From Macrostomum lignano (taxonomy: Eukaryota): a stretch of 64,000 nucleotides of DNA. The stretch spans positions 215,402 through 279,401 of the forward strand of contig NIVC01001009.1 in the NCBI GenBank assembly GCA_002269645.1, read 5' to 3'. The notes below the pieces were generated by a model. The model ran no database searches. It was not told the DNA's origin and worked only from the letters and a program-made list of their open reading frames with translations. Position 1 is the stretch's first letter. The number at the start of each line of letters is the position of its first letter. Below, piece by piece: positions 12,601 to 24,269 of this stretch. Position numbers and translations under genes: made by a program.

Positions 12601-15600
12601 TGTAAGTCACCCCCGCGGAGAGAGCTCCCCTGGCAGGAGGCGCGGGACAGAGAGGCGGTGAATCACACCCCACGGAGAGAGCCGTACAACGAGCTTCCCC
12701 ACCCGAGTCCGGTAAATATTACAGAGTATTACGTGCACACGCCAGCCCTGAATACCAAGCCATACTAGTCTACCTGCAGTGCTCCCAGAGGGAAGGGATG
12801 GTCAGGAGTTACACACCAAGAATGCATTCATACAAAGAGTACACAACTCGAGCCCAGACACCAAGTCACAGTCTACTTACAGTAGAGATGGTAGATTAAT
12901 AGCAAGATTATATTACAATTAGACCTCCCTAGCACATGAGGAGTGAAATTCAATAATAATTGAATTCAATAATAATACAACATTTAGACGTAGTAATTTA
13001 ATTACAAAATACCACTAACACTGAGCCAACGAATTGTAGGTTACAAAGGAGTTGCCACTCATATGGAAAGCCAGTATAATGCAGGTGTGTATTATTAAAA
13101 CATAGACAAAAACGATGCAGACGTATATACACACTATTGATTTTGTACATGTACATTTCGGCATATTACCACACATCGCGGGCACATATTATATATCGGG
13201 GGATAGGTTAAAATACACACATCGTAGATGTAGAAGCAGACACAATGCAGAAAATTATGATACGAGTGTACATATTAGTGCGTAAAAGTATCATATTATG
13301 ACACCCTGTAGCACATATTGACATAATGCAGGGGAAAATATTGACAGAAATAGTACACAATTGTAGAGGTAACAACCAGCCAACTAGTAAGGGCATCCAG
13401 CACTTGTTCAGGTTTTTTTTTATTTCGAGACGAGTGTCATGCCCCCGCAAGAGATCTTATCAGAAATTTGTTGAACTCCACTGCAACTCTCCCCAGAACC
13501 TCCAAATGGGAGTTTTAACACTTGAGGGGATCCCGCTCAGTGTACAGTGCGGACGGAGAGGGGTAACAGAAAGCGCTGCATCAGACCGCGGAGCTGCATT
13601 CCTCCCCCGAGGTAGGCGCGTCAGCTCCCACTCCTCATTTAACCATCAAGTAAACTAAAGAAGTCAAGCAGAAAGCCTTACAATCACCCGCAACCAGCAC
13701 AAGTAAGAGTACTTTCCACTAGAGAGCCATAGTGCAAGATTCGCGAGCCAAGTTGAAGAAGCACACCAAATTACACTAAAGACATATGTATTAAAAAGCA
13801 TACCGGCACCTCTACAAAAACACAGTATGTACCGATTAAAGTTGCTTTTGGTGCAGTGTATTTAATAAAAAGCAGGTACCTAACACAAAAGTAGGCATCA
13901 ATGCAGTGCACGGGCTAAACTGTATTTACAAACGCAGGGCAACGAACTACACACAATGTAGCGCATAGACATAATTGTACACATAAATGTACGCAATCTC
14001 CGGTATATAGGACCAAATGTACGCAAATGTACACAATGCACACAAACACACACACACTCAGGCGCATCCTGCAGCGCATCCTGCAGCACCGATCGCCGCA
14101 GGCGATGGCGCCATCGGCAGGAAGCTCTTGCTGTGAATACGCCTGAGTGTGTGTGTGTTTGTGTACATTGTGTACATTTGCGTACATTTGGTCCTATATA
14201 CCGGAAATTGCGTACATTTATGTGTACAATTATGTCTATGCGCTACATTGTGTGTAGTTCGTTGCCCTGCGTTTGTAAATACAGTTTAGCCCGTGCACTG
14301 CATTGATGCCTACTTTTGTGTTAGGTACCTGCTTTTTATTAAATACACTGCACCAAAAGCAACTTTAATCGGTACATACTGTGTTTTTGTAGAGGTGCCG
14401 GTATGCTTTTTAATACATATGTCTTTAGTGTAATTTGGTGTGCTTCTTCAACTTGGCTCGCGAATCTTGCACTATGGCTCTCTAGTGGAAAGTACTCTTA
14501 CTTGTGCTGGTTGCGGGTGATTGTAAGGCTTTCTGCTTGACTTCTTTAGTTTACTTGATGGTTAAATGAGGAGTGGGAGCTGACGCGCCTACCTCGGGGG
14601 AGGAATGCAGCTCCGCGGTCTGATGCAGCGCTTTCTGTTACCCCTCTCCGTCCGCACTGTACACTGAGCGGGATCCCCTCAAGTGTTAAAACTCCATTTG
14701 GAGGTCTGGGAGAGTTGCAGTGGAGTTCAACAAATTTCTGATAAGATCTCTTGCGGGGGCATGACACTCGTCTCGAAATAAAAAAAACCTGAACAAGTGC
14801 TGGATGCCCTTACTAGTTGGCTGGTTGTTACCTCTACAATTGTGTACTATTTCTGTCAATATTTTCCCCTGCATTATGTCAATATGTGCTACAGGGTGTC
14901 ATAATATGATACTTTTACGCACTAATATGTACACTCGTATCATAATTTTCTGCATTGTGTCTGCTTCTACATCTACGATGTGTGTATTTTAACCTATCCC
15001 CCGATATATAATATGTGCCCGCGATGTGTGGTAATATGCCGAAATGTACATGTACAAAATCAATAGTGTGTATATACGTCTGCATCGTTTTTGTCTATGT
15101 TTTAATAATACACACCTGCATTATACTGGCTTTCCATATGAGTGGCAACTCCTTTGTAACCTACAATTCGTTGGCTCAGTGTTAGTGGTATTTTGTAATT
15201 AAATTACTACGTCTAAATGTTGTATTATTATTGAATTCAATTATTATTGAATTTCACTCCTCATGTGCTAGGAGGTCTAATTGTAATATAATCTTGCTAT
15301 TAATCTACCATCTCTACTGTAAGTAGACTGTGACTTGGTGTCTGGGCTCGAGTTGTGTACTCTTTGTATGAATGCATTCTTGGTGTGTAACTCCTGACCA
15401 TCCCTTCCCTCTGGGAGCACTGCAGGTAGACTAGTATGGCTTGGTATTCAGGGCTGGCGTGTGCACGTAATACTCTGTAATATTTACCGGACTCGGGTGG
15501 GGAAGCTCGTTGTACGGCTCTCTCCGTGGGGTGTGATTCACCGCCTCTCTGTCCCGCGCCTCCTGCCAGGGGAGCTCTCTCCGCGGGGGTGACTTACACA

Positions 15601-18512
15601 CTGCCTCTGTCCCGCGCCGCGTGCTGCGACATGCCGGGTAGCGTCCTCTATCTCCTACTGCCTCCACGCACTCTCTGTCCCCCTCCTGCTACAGGGGGCT
15701 GGTTGCTCGCTGTACAGGGCAGCGTCAGCATCTGGGTTTCCTTCCTGCACCGTCTACCCCACCACTATACTGACTAACCGCATGCACACGACATTGGTGG
15801 GAGGGGTGGAGTTCCCCACTGACGGGTGTACACCTACTCGACGCTGAAGGTACACTTGCTGAACGCCCACCCTGTCAGATGTACACTTGCTGAACACCCA
15901 TCCTGTCAGATGTACACTCGCTGGACGCCCACCCTGCCGGATGTACACCCCGCCGTCCCTTCCCTCCAGGAGCACTGCAAGTAGACTAGTATGGCTTGGT
16001 ATTCGGAGTTGGCGTGTGTACGTAATATACTCTTTGTAATATTTACTTGACCTGGGTTTGTAAGTTCTAATAACATATAAATGACTACTGCTGACTAGTT
16101 GACGCATCTGGATGGTGTGATAAAAACTAGTAACGTACCGTGATTTCGAGAGAAATCCTAGCACAATACTGTTCTGTCCGGCATGTGGAAAAGTATTTGC
16201 CCCGCCTTCGCTTACTCATACTGCACACAGACAAAGCTTATCTCTATTAGCAATCTGTTCGTGGTGGTTTAGAAGGATACTGTCTTCCTGTATATAGCTC
16301 TCTATCCCTTCATCACTCGTAATAACTTCATAAATGCTCGCTTGACCAATGGCTGGTACTGAACTAATAATTCATACGATACATAATGGTTAATACTTTT
16401 TCAACTCCGTACAGCTCACAAGTTTCTACTCTCTACCTTATCAGTAACATTAAAATAAAAAGGTAAAATTTGCTGGTTTTGTGCCTTGTTTGCTTACTTT
16501 TCTATTAAAATACTTGCGGTTTATAATTGAAAATGTCTGCTTTTTATTCAATTTTATGTGGTTTGAAGGTTTATTTTTGCTAAAATGCCTGGTTTCTTAT
16601 AAAAATTTCTACTCTCGACAATGATTGTGTCAGCTATTTCATTAAAATAACCTACTTTTTGAATAAAACGTTGTATTTAAGCCCCTAGTTTTTTCAAAAC
16701 ATAATTGAAACAGCTTACATAGAGCATGCAGACCCCGAAACCCCTCTAGTGTGCCCTGATTTCAGCGGTCTGACGGTTAAGATCTGTATTTTTACACTAT
16801 ATTTTCCTTCATACAGCAATACAGGAGGGTATGGAAGAGTGAGTCTGGCGGGAGAGGGGGCTTGTGGGGTGATGAGGATGCGTACACACAGTTTAGCCTG
16901 TTTTAGCCTACCTTTTGGGCTAATATACTTACTATTATTACTACCATTATACCTACTATGTACATACTATTATACTACCCGCTATTAAATATGCTGCACT
17001 AAAACCAACTTTTGAAAATACATAGCGTGTTTTGGTCTATTCTCCCTCACGTCTCTGTCCCTACACGTGCTCTGCCCGCTTTGGTCTCTGTTTGTGTACC
17101 TCTCTGTAACGTCTCTGTACGCTCAGACTGGTTTCTCCGTCCCCGCACGCGCCTCTACTAAAGTTTGCTGTTACCTACCCCTACACACTGCTCTCTGTCT
17201 CCCTCCGCGCACACCTCACTGCCCTTGTATGTAATTTGCATGCCTTGCATGCCCTGTCCTGCCCTCGCGTGGGTCCCTGCCTATACATAGCTACCGGACC
17301 CTACCTCTCTCTGTGCCTTGCTCGCAACTCTGTCCCAGGCCCCCCTTCATACTTCTCTGTCCCAGGCCCCCCTTCATACTTCTCTGTCCCGGGCTGTAAC
17401 TGGCTGACACGCGCCTCTCTGTTCCCCAGCCTGCGTGGCTGCCTACCCTGCACACTGCTCTCTGTCCCCCTCCGCGCCTCTCTATCATCCTATTCCTGCA
17501 GCTGACCGTGCCGTTCAGCTCTGTCCACGCACGGCTCCACCCCTGCCCGTGTCTCACTGTACACTGCTCCCTGCTGCATGGCTCCCTTACCCTGCGCGTT
17601 TGCTTCCTATCTCCCTCCTGCTCCATATGTTTCTGTTCCCTCACACTACGCACACGTGGCTGGCTCTCTGTCCAAACACATCTCTGCTCCTCCACTCTAT
17701 CCTCGCGTGGCCCCTTGACGGTTCGCATGCCCCTGCATACCCTGCCTGCCCCTCTGTCCCCTGCAACTGGGGAGGGAGCTCTCTATCCTCTGTATGGCTT
17801 TCTCTGTGGGGTGTGTGTGACTCACACTACCTCTCTGTCCTAGCATGCGCCTCTCTATCCGGCTCCTGCAGCAGGCTGTGTTATTCACATCTCTTTCCAC
17901 CCACCCTCTGCCCGTACACGCTCAGTGTACAGGGCTGCGTCAGCATCGGGGTTAAAACTTCTCGCTCCCTATGCTTCAACAGTATAACAACCTAGTGGCT
18001 GGTTCTCTGTCCGCCCCACCCCTCTCTGCCCGTACACTCTCACTGTACAGGGCTGCGTCAGCGTTAGGGTTGAAACTTCTCGCTCCCTATACCCCACAAC
18101 CGTGTAGTGTCCTAGTATGGGCGCGACCTGGGTTCGATTTCGCTAGTTGAGATGTAGGTGAGAGAGGGGAAGAGGCCCGTATCGATGACTACATATCGGT
18201 GTACACACATATCGGGAGAGTGTACACTCGGGGTGCCTGCGGCATGGGCGCCTGCTGCATGGGCGCCTGCGGCTCGGGAGGGTGCGCTTGGGATCTGATT
18301 GATTTGGGATCTGATTGATTTGGGATCTGATTGATTTATTGGGATCTAATATCGGTAGGTGCGCCTGCGGCTGGGGAGGGTCGCGGGTTCGAGTCGCCGA
18401 TATCGATACGCGTATCGATCACCTAGTGATCGGGGCGCCAGCCAATGAGAGGCGAGGAGGGTTGACACCCACCTCACCTCCAAAATCGCGCCATTCGGGT
18501 TCATATAGTAGT
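9691..18512. mobile_element. 8.8-kb fold-back (palindromic) inserted element with 6-bp TSD; no intact enzyme ORF seen
   Basis: 9691-14064 is the reverse complement of 14140-18512 (mirrored ORFs in the track are identical, e.g. 12035-12445 vs 15754-16164). Ends are ACTACTATAT...ATATAGTAGT; TCAGGC lies at 9685-9690 and 18513-18518; unique AT-rich flanks on both sides. Confidence 0.9.
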
Positions 18513-18674
18513 TCAGGCTTAGAGCCAAGCCTCTCTAATAAGTTATATTTATTATACAGAAGCCTGGGCAACCCAAAGAGAAACTTATATCATTATAAAA
18601 TAGTGTGTAGTCCAAAACACATATGCACAGTTGCAACAGAACAGAAGTTATTTCGAACAATAAATTTTCTTAAT

Positions 18675-19553
18675 TTATTTACTCTTCTCTCCGGTGTACA
18701 ATTGCTTCGTTGCGTTTCGTAGCTTCCGGATGTCCTTGGAGAACTCTTGCTCCTTTAGTAGCTCATCGTGCTGAATTTCCAGCTTCCTTTTGTGCTCTTG
18801 GAGCAGCCTTGTCTGCTGAATCATGTGCAGTAAATCTTTACGAAGCTTTCTATTCTGCAGCTTGACGGTGTTCGAATGATCTATGAGAGACGTGATAGCC
18901 TCCTTGTATGCTTCCTTGGAAAGCTGGTGAACTTTCTGTTCGGATTCCTCTTGAAACTCTCGCTTTTCGCGCATGAATTTTGCCTTGAGCTGCTGCAGCT
19001 GCTCAGAATGCTGAATTCTCAAGTTCTGGGCCTCTTTCTCCAAATGCTTGATCATTTCAGCTTGCTCATCCTTAAGCTTTTTGAACTCAGCAAGTTCATC
19101 CAACTCGTCGCGCGCTTTTGACAGTTCATTTTGCTTCGAAAGTAGTGTCTGTTTTAATTCTTCCTTCTGGTAACTGTACGCTTCAAGCATCTCTTCTCGC
19201 TGTTGTAGCAAAACCTTGATTTCGTGCTCGTTATAGTCGCTGAGCGTAATCAATGCCTTCTGTCTCTTGTCGGCGCGTTTCTCCATGTAGCCCATGTATT
19301 CATGACTTTCAACTCGAATTCGCTGAGACTCTTCCTGGAGCCATTCGTTTTCACTCTTCAATTCCGAAAGCTTCTTTTTAGCATCTTCAACTTCTTTGAT
19401 AACTTTTGCCAATTCTTCTTTTAACTGCTGCTCTTTGTCAACGACTTCCTCTTGCGGCTGTTCTACTTCGGGTGCCACGGATTCATCAGCTTTCTTGGCG
19501 CTCTTATCTTTTCCTTTGCTTTTTCCTTTCTTTTTTCCTTTCTTTGGTGGCAT
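18675..19553 (-). CDS. CCDC166: Coiled-coil domain-containing protein 166 (DUF4515/BBOF1 family), intronless
   Basis: 292-aa ORF with MPPKKGKK start; ENEWLQEESQRIRVESHEYMGYM, EHSEQLQQLKAKFMREK-type and NRKLRKDLLHMIQQT segments align by eye to CCDC166; AATAAA on the minus strand at 18674-18679 and 18548-18553. Confidence 0.82.
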   Translation of the reverse strand: MPPKKGKKKGKSKGKDKSAKKADESVAPEVEQPQEEVVDKEQQLKEELAKVIKEVEDAKKKLSELKSENEWLQEESQRIRVESHEYMGYMEKRADKRQKALITLSDYNEHEIKVLLQQREEMLEAYSYQKEELKQTLLSKQNELSKARDELDELAEFKKLKDEQAEMIKHLEKEAQNLRIQHSEQLQQLKAKFMREKREFQEESEQKVHQLSKEAYKEAITSLIDHSNTVKLQNRKLRKDLLHMIQQTRLLQEHKRKLEIQHDELLKEQEFSKDIRKLRNATKQLYTGEKSK

Positions 19554-20385
19554 TTTGCTATGAAAATTTGCGCAAATTGGAGTAAAAGTTTAGAAAAATG
19601 AATTGAAAAGAAAAGTTAAAACTATATAGTAATACCACACTTTTAAGAAGGGTTTTACTTGTTTTATAACAAACCATGTAAGTTATAGAAAAAAATATAA
19701 GAAACATTATTACTACAGTAAAAAAAACTATAAAAAAATAGAAGTAACGTATGCTTTGTTTTAACAGTTCAAAATTAGTTACATATTTAATTTCGATCTT
19801 TCCTGTAAAGAACTTCCTTCAACTGACCTGTGTATTGCAAGTGCACAGTAGAAATGCCAATGCCCTAACTCTTCCACTCTCCAAATTAAAGAAATTATAT
19901 TATTTTTCATTTTGACGTGTTTACTACCAAGTATTTGAATGGTATATTTAGAATATATAATATACGTACAATCATTTTAATCATCTATGTATCTGAAAAT
20001 AAATTATTAGTGCAGAAAATTTCGCGAAAGGGTAATTAGGTACAATTGAACCTTGGATAGGAGTAAAATTTCTGGAATTAAATAGGACCAAGACTCCAAG
20101 TTTTGTTGGGATTCTGGGTTTGATGATAATATGATATAGAAATTATAGATTCAGACACTTTCTGTTAATATAAAAGCAAGTTGTGGTTGAGCAAGATTAA
20201 AAAATCTTTGAGATTAGATGTGGTAGCATAAAAAGGTTGATTAAAATCCTAACTTCAAATGATCAGTATTTTGGTTTTTACCACAGTTAATAGTTTATTA
20301 TATAGTTTCTCACCACAATGCTATAGCAAAGTAAGTCATTACTTAGCTTCAAAGTAAGTCAAAGCTAAAAATATAAGTTTTTTTC

Positions 20386-20500
20386 CTATCTTCTTAATAT
20401 TAAAGTTGGTGCGATGTTTGTTTGTTTGTCTGTATGTGTGTTGCAATTTTTCTCCTAGACTACTGGCAAGTCAGCATTGAAACTTATATGGGAAAACTGC
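20386..20500 (+). mobile_element. Possible 5' end of a non-autonomous Helitron-like element
   Basis: TATCTTCTTAATATTAAAG...GTTTGTTTGTTTGTCTGT...ACTACTGG resembles 5' ends of invertebrate non-autonomous Helitrons; no convincing 3' hairpin/CTAG end located. Confidence 0.3.
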
Positions 20501-21956
20501 AAATTATCTGGATTGAGTCTATTCAATAGCTATTTTAATCTTTCATTTTTTCATTTTAAGATCCCTAAAACTGATTTCTTAACCTTCTTTGGCCCTTCTG
20601 TGGCCACTCTGCCTCTCCAGTGGAGGGGTTGCAGTATGTTTGTAAAAATAGCCATCCCAACCTCTGCCCGCAGGTTGCTGTGTATTTTTGGGGGGGTAGG
20701 TATGCATGTTCTGCATTCTGCATTCAATGCAAATCAAATCACCTGCATGTTAGGGGTTCAGTTAAATTTAATGCTTCTCCAGAATGGGGAGTTGGGCTTG
20801 GGCTGAGTGTACATAGCAGTTGTATAGTATAAATAGATAGATAGGACTGTGCCTAAGATTCAATTAGTTTTATAATTGGCACCATTAGTTAGTGCATTGC
20901 ATTGGCTGGGCAGTGGAGCTTAAGATTCTTTTTTATTGATTTTTACTAACAAAAAAGGTGTACACTGGCCTTTTTTAGGGAGGAGAATTTTCAATTCTCT
21001 CTAGAGATTTCTCTCTTATCTGCTGAATCTGGCGATATTCTATTTGCTTATTCTTTTTATTAGCTATTATCTTACTTCTGCTTATTATCTTTTGTTTATT
21101 GTCTACTACTGTTTTAAATAATAAGTATAAGTTGAGTATAAGTCAAAAATGTCCAAGTCAACACAGTCTAACAACAACCTGGAGAAATTTGAAAGGCTGC
21201 AGAAAGCCATGGAGCAGCACTTCAGTTTGTTCATAAGAAAGACAGCTAAAATGCTTTAGGAGGAGCCCCTACGTCACTATGTTTTGAGGGATAGGAGTGC
21301 ATGTTCCATGTTCAATTCAAATAAAACCTCCGCGTGTTGGGGGTACAGTTAATTTAATCGGAATAGGAGGGGGGTTGGTTTAGGCTGAGTGTACATAGCA
21401 AATAGTTAGGACTGGGGTCAAGATTCAATTGGTTTTATTTATTGCCACCTTTCTAGATGCAGCCCTATGTATTTGCTAGGCAGTGAAATTCAATGAATAA
21501 ACTTGCGAGCCTCAAGTCTCAGCTCAGCAAGTCTCAGCTCAATGTAGCAAACAATCAGTCAGGGAATCGGGAAATTTCAAATGCTAACTATTCCTTAAGT
21601 TTTACACTTTAACAGAAGAGACTTATATTTCTAGAAAGATTGCAATGCTGAGTTCGGAGAAAAAGTTGTTTGCTTTAAATATGAAAACTGAAAGCATAGC
21701 ATTTGAAAAAAAATTTCTATACTTTTAACTTTCTGCAAAATTGCACTTAGTTTCACAAGATGTAATAGATAAAGTTAGGGGGAAGGTTCAACTTCTTATT
21801 GCCGCTGTGTATTAGAGGGTTGATTTAGATTGTGCAATCATTTTGTTAACTTTAACTGAGACTGATACTGACTGACTGAGAAAAAATCAATATATTGATT
21901 CAATTAGTTTAATTTTTATCAGACCTTTTTAACATATAGCTCTGTGCAGCTCCAAT

Positions 21957-21981
21957 CCTAACCCTAACCCTAACCCTAACC
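21957..21981. repeat. Short interstitial telomere-type repeat (CCCTAA)4
   Basis: CCTAACCCTAACCCTAACCCTAACC. Confidence 0.6.
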
Positions 21982-23327
21982 AATGAATCCTGAGAGTTGA
22001 TTCCTTTTGATGGAGAATATTTTGATTGAGTCCAGTTTTGTGGAGAAGATTTTGATGTTCTTCAGTTTCACAGAGAGGATTTCTGTTTTGCAGAGAGGAT
22101 TTCAATGGTGTTCAGTTTCATGGAGAGGATTTTGATGGATTTGGAGAAAAGTTGGATAATGGGATTCGGGTCATGGGATTCAGCTGATGAATTTCAGAGA
22201 ATGGGATTCTGGCTATGGGGGTTCTTCCCATTTCTCCTCCAATGGAAGAGTTGGCCTCATACTATAGACTATAGCTACAGCGTTGCCTAACTAGCTATAC
22301 ATGTAGGTAAGGGATAATAATAAGATTTTGAAAGTTATTTGTTCTTTATTTTTATTTAATTTGATAATTCTTATTTGCCTAAATAAAAAGATAGCTTAGG
22401 CCTAATTTTGAAAATAGATTAAGTACTAGTAATAACTATCAAAAAGTTTTAACTAGGCCAATCCTATAATATAATCATTCATTAAATTATTTTTTCATTT
22501 GAATTGGATTCCTTTTTATTATTTAAGTCTAAAAATATATAACAAGTAAATAAGTTAATAGTTTAACATGTAATGGCACTAAATTATTTGTTATACTTTA
22601 GTCAATTACCACAAATATCATGGCAAGAGGGTACTATTTGAATGTTAAAACAGGGTAATGATGTGACTTGGTAATTTTATCCTAATGCTAATATGTCAAG
22701 AATTCTTAAAATATAATAATATCAATTTTGCACATACAAAGCATGAAAATATGTCTATAGTCAAAATAAGCAATTATGGGCAGACTTTTAAAGGGATCAA
22801 TACATTTGAAATTGAAAAATTAGTTTTTAAGCTGCCAATACTGGGATTTAAGTTAAGACATTGCTTATTTTGACTAGTGATGGATCTGAATATTTAGATT
22901 AAGAATCTGAATCTGAAAAAAAGTCTCACTTTTTTAGAAATCCAAATGTTTTGGATTAGGAAATTTTATTTTCTAAATTTCTGAATGTGCTTCCAAATAT
23001 GAAAAAAATAAAAAAACCAAAACAAAATTTTGCAAACAAAAAATACAACTTTTGAAAAAAGAAAGTAAATTAAAGAAATGAGAATGAAAAATTTAATATC
23101 ATATTATTCATTTTTACAATTGTCTGTTTTTGCAGTAATGTATTTTGCATTTTTAAAAAGTGTTATTAAGTAAAGTTACTTAACTTCAAGACCATTGAGG
23201 CATTCAACCTAAAGTTGCAGAAACATTTTTAGATAATCATTGTTAAAGTGTAATCATCACTTTGTTTTTTTCATAGCAATAGACTTTACGTGTACTGTAC
23301 ATGGTAAAGTTATCAAATTCCACAAAT

Positions 23328-23640
23328 CATACATGCACAACAGTCGGCCGAGTCGGCCGATCCGGCCGACCGATTTGGTGGCCAACCAAAGAAGTCGCAA
23401 AAATGCCCACCAAAAATACCAAAGTATTAGTACTAAGTAGCTGACGAGGCATTCTGGCTTAGTAAGACAGTTATAGTTACTCCTGCCGTTTACCCAAAGT
23501 TGCGTTTATTTTGCTTTACGTTTTTATATGTAAGTCGCATTTTTTTACATGTAAGTCGCATTTTTGGCCAAAAACTACGTCGCATTTTTGTTAAAACTAA
23601 GTCGCACGGCCGACCGAATTTTCGAGGTTGCGCATGTATG
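23328..23640. mobile_element. 313-bp hAT-type MITE
   Basis: 14-bp TIRs CATACATGC(A/G)CAAC / GTTGCGCATGTATG; 8-bp TSD CCACAAAT at 23320-23327 and 23641-23648; five AAGTCGCA-like subterminal motifs. Confidence 0.9.
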
Positions 23641-24269
23641 CCACAAATGTAATGTCAGTTAGTATTATTAATTGGAATTAGTTAGATTAGATATATAAGA
23701 ATTGAGTTCAATTCTAAATTCAATTCTATTCAAATACTAGATAGATATAGTATAAGCCCAAGATAGATTGAATCTTGTCAGTAAATTAATGTAGAGCACT
23801 AATAGAATTACTAATTAGATGACAAGGCATTTTTGTAACTAAAAGGTATCATAGTTATACCCATCGTTTACCTTTTACTTTTTTTCTACATTTGGAGACA
23901 CATTCGGATATTTGGATTTGGATTTGGAATTTTTTTGTACATTCAGATTAGGTTTCAGAAAATTGCAAAAATCAACATTCAGTCCATCACTAATTTTGAC
24001 TATAATAATAGAATGGAATTGAATTCAAGCAAAAATAATTTAACAAATGATTCTATAGGATAGCCAAAGTTACAAAACTTTTTGTATTTATGTTTTCAAT
24101 ATTTTCATAATGCATTTTTAAGATTTTGCATATGCAACCCCCTGATTTTTATTGGCTATGCAACTTATTTTTAACTGAAAATTTGACTTATAAAAGAATT
24201 CTAAGCAAAAATTAAAGTAATTTTAATCAATAGGAGTTTTATTTATGACAAAGTATATTTGCTTTTAAT

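Noticed and set aside
9691-18512. Palindrome as a long-read fold-back chimera or misassembly
   Set aside because: A direct 6-bp TSD, unique non-mirrored flanks on both sides, a non-palindromic 75-bp tip and biased substitutions are not expected from chimeric reads. The homopolymer indels between arms probably are sequencing errors. Read-level confirmation is still needed.
9685-18722. ORF-track ORFs inside the palindrome (60-186 aa, mirrored pairs)
   Set aside because: Low-complexity or broken by single-base differences between arms; no recognisable domains.
21957-21981. Telomere or telomere-healing site
   Set aside because: Only four units, internal, with no associated structure.
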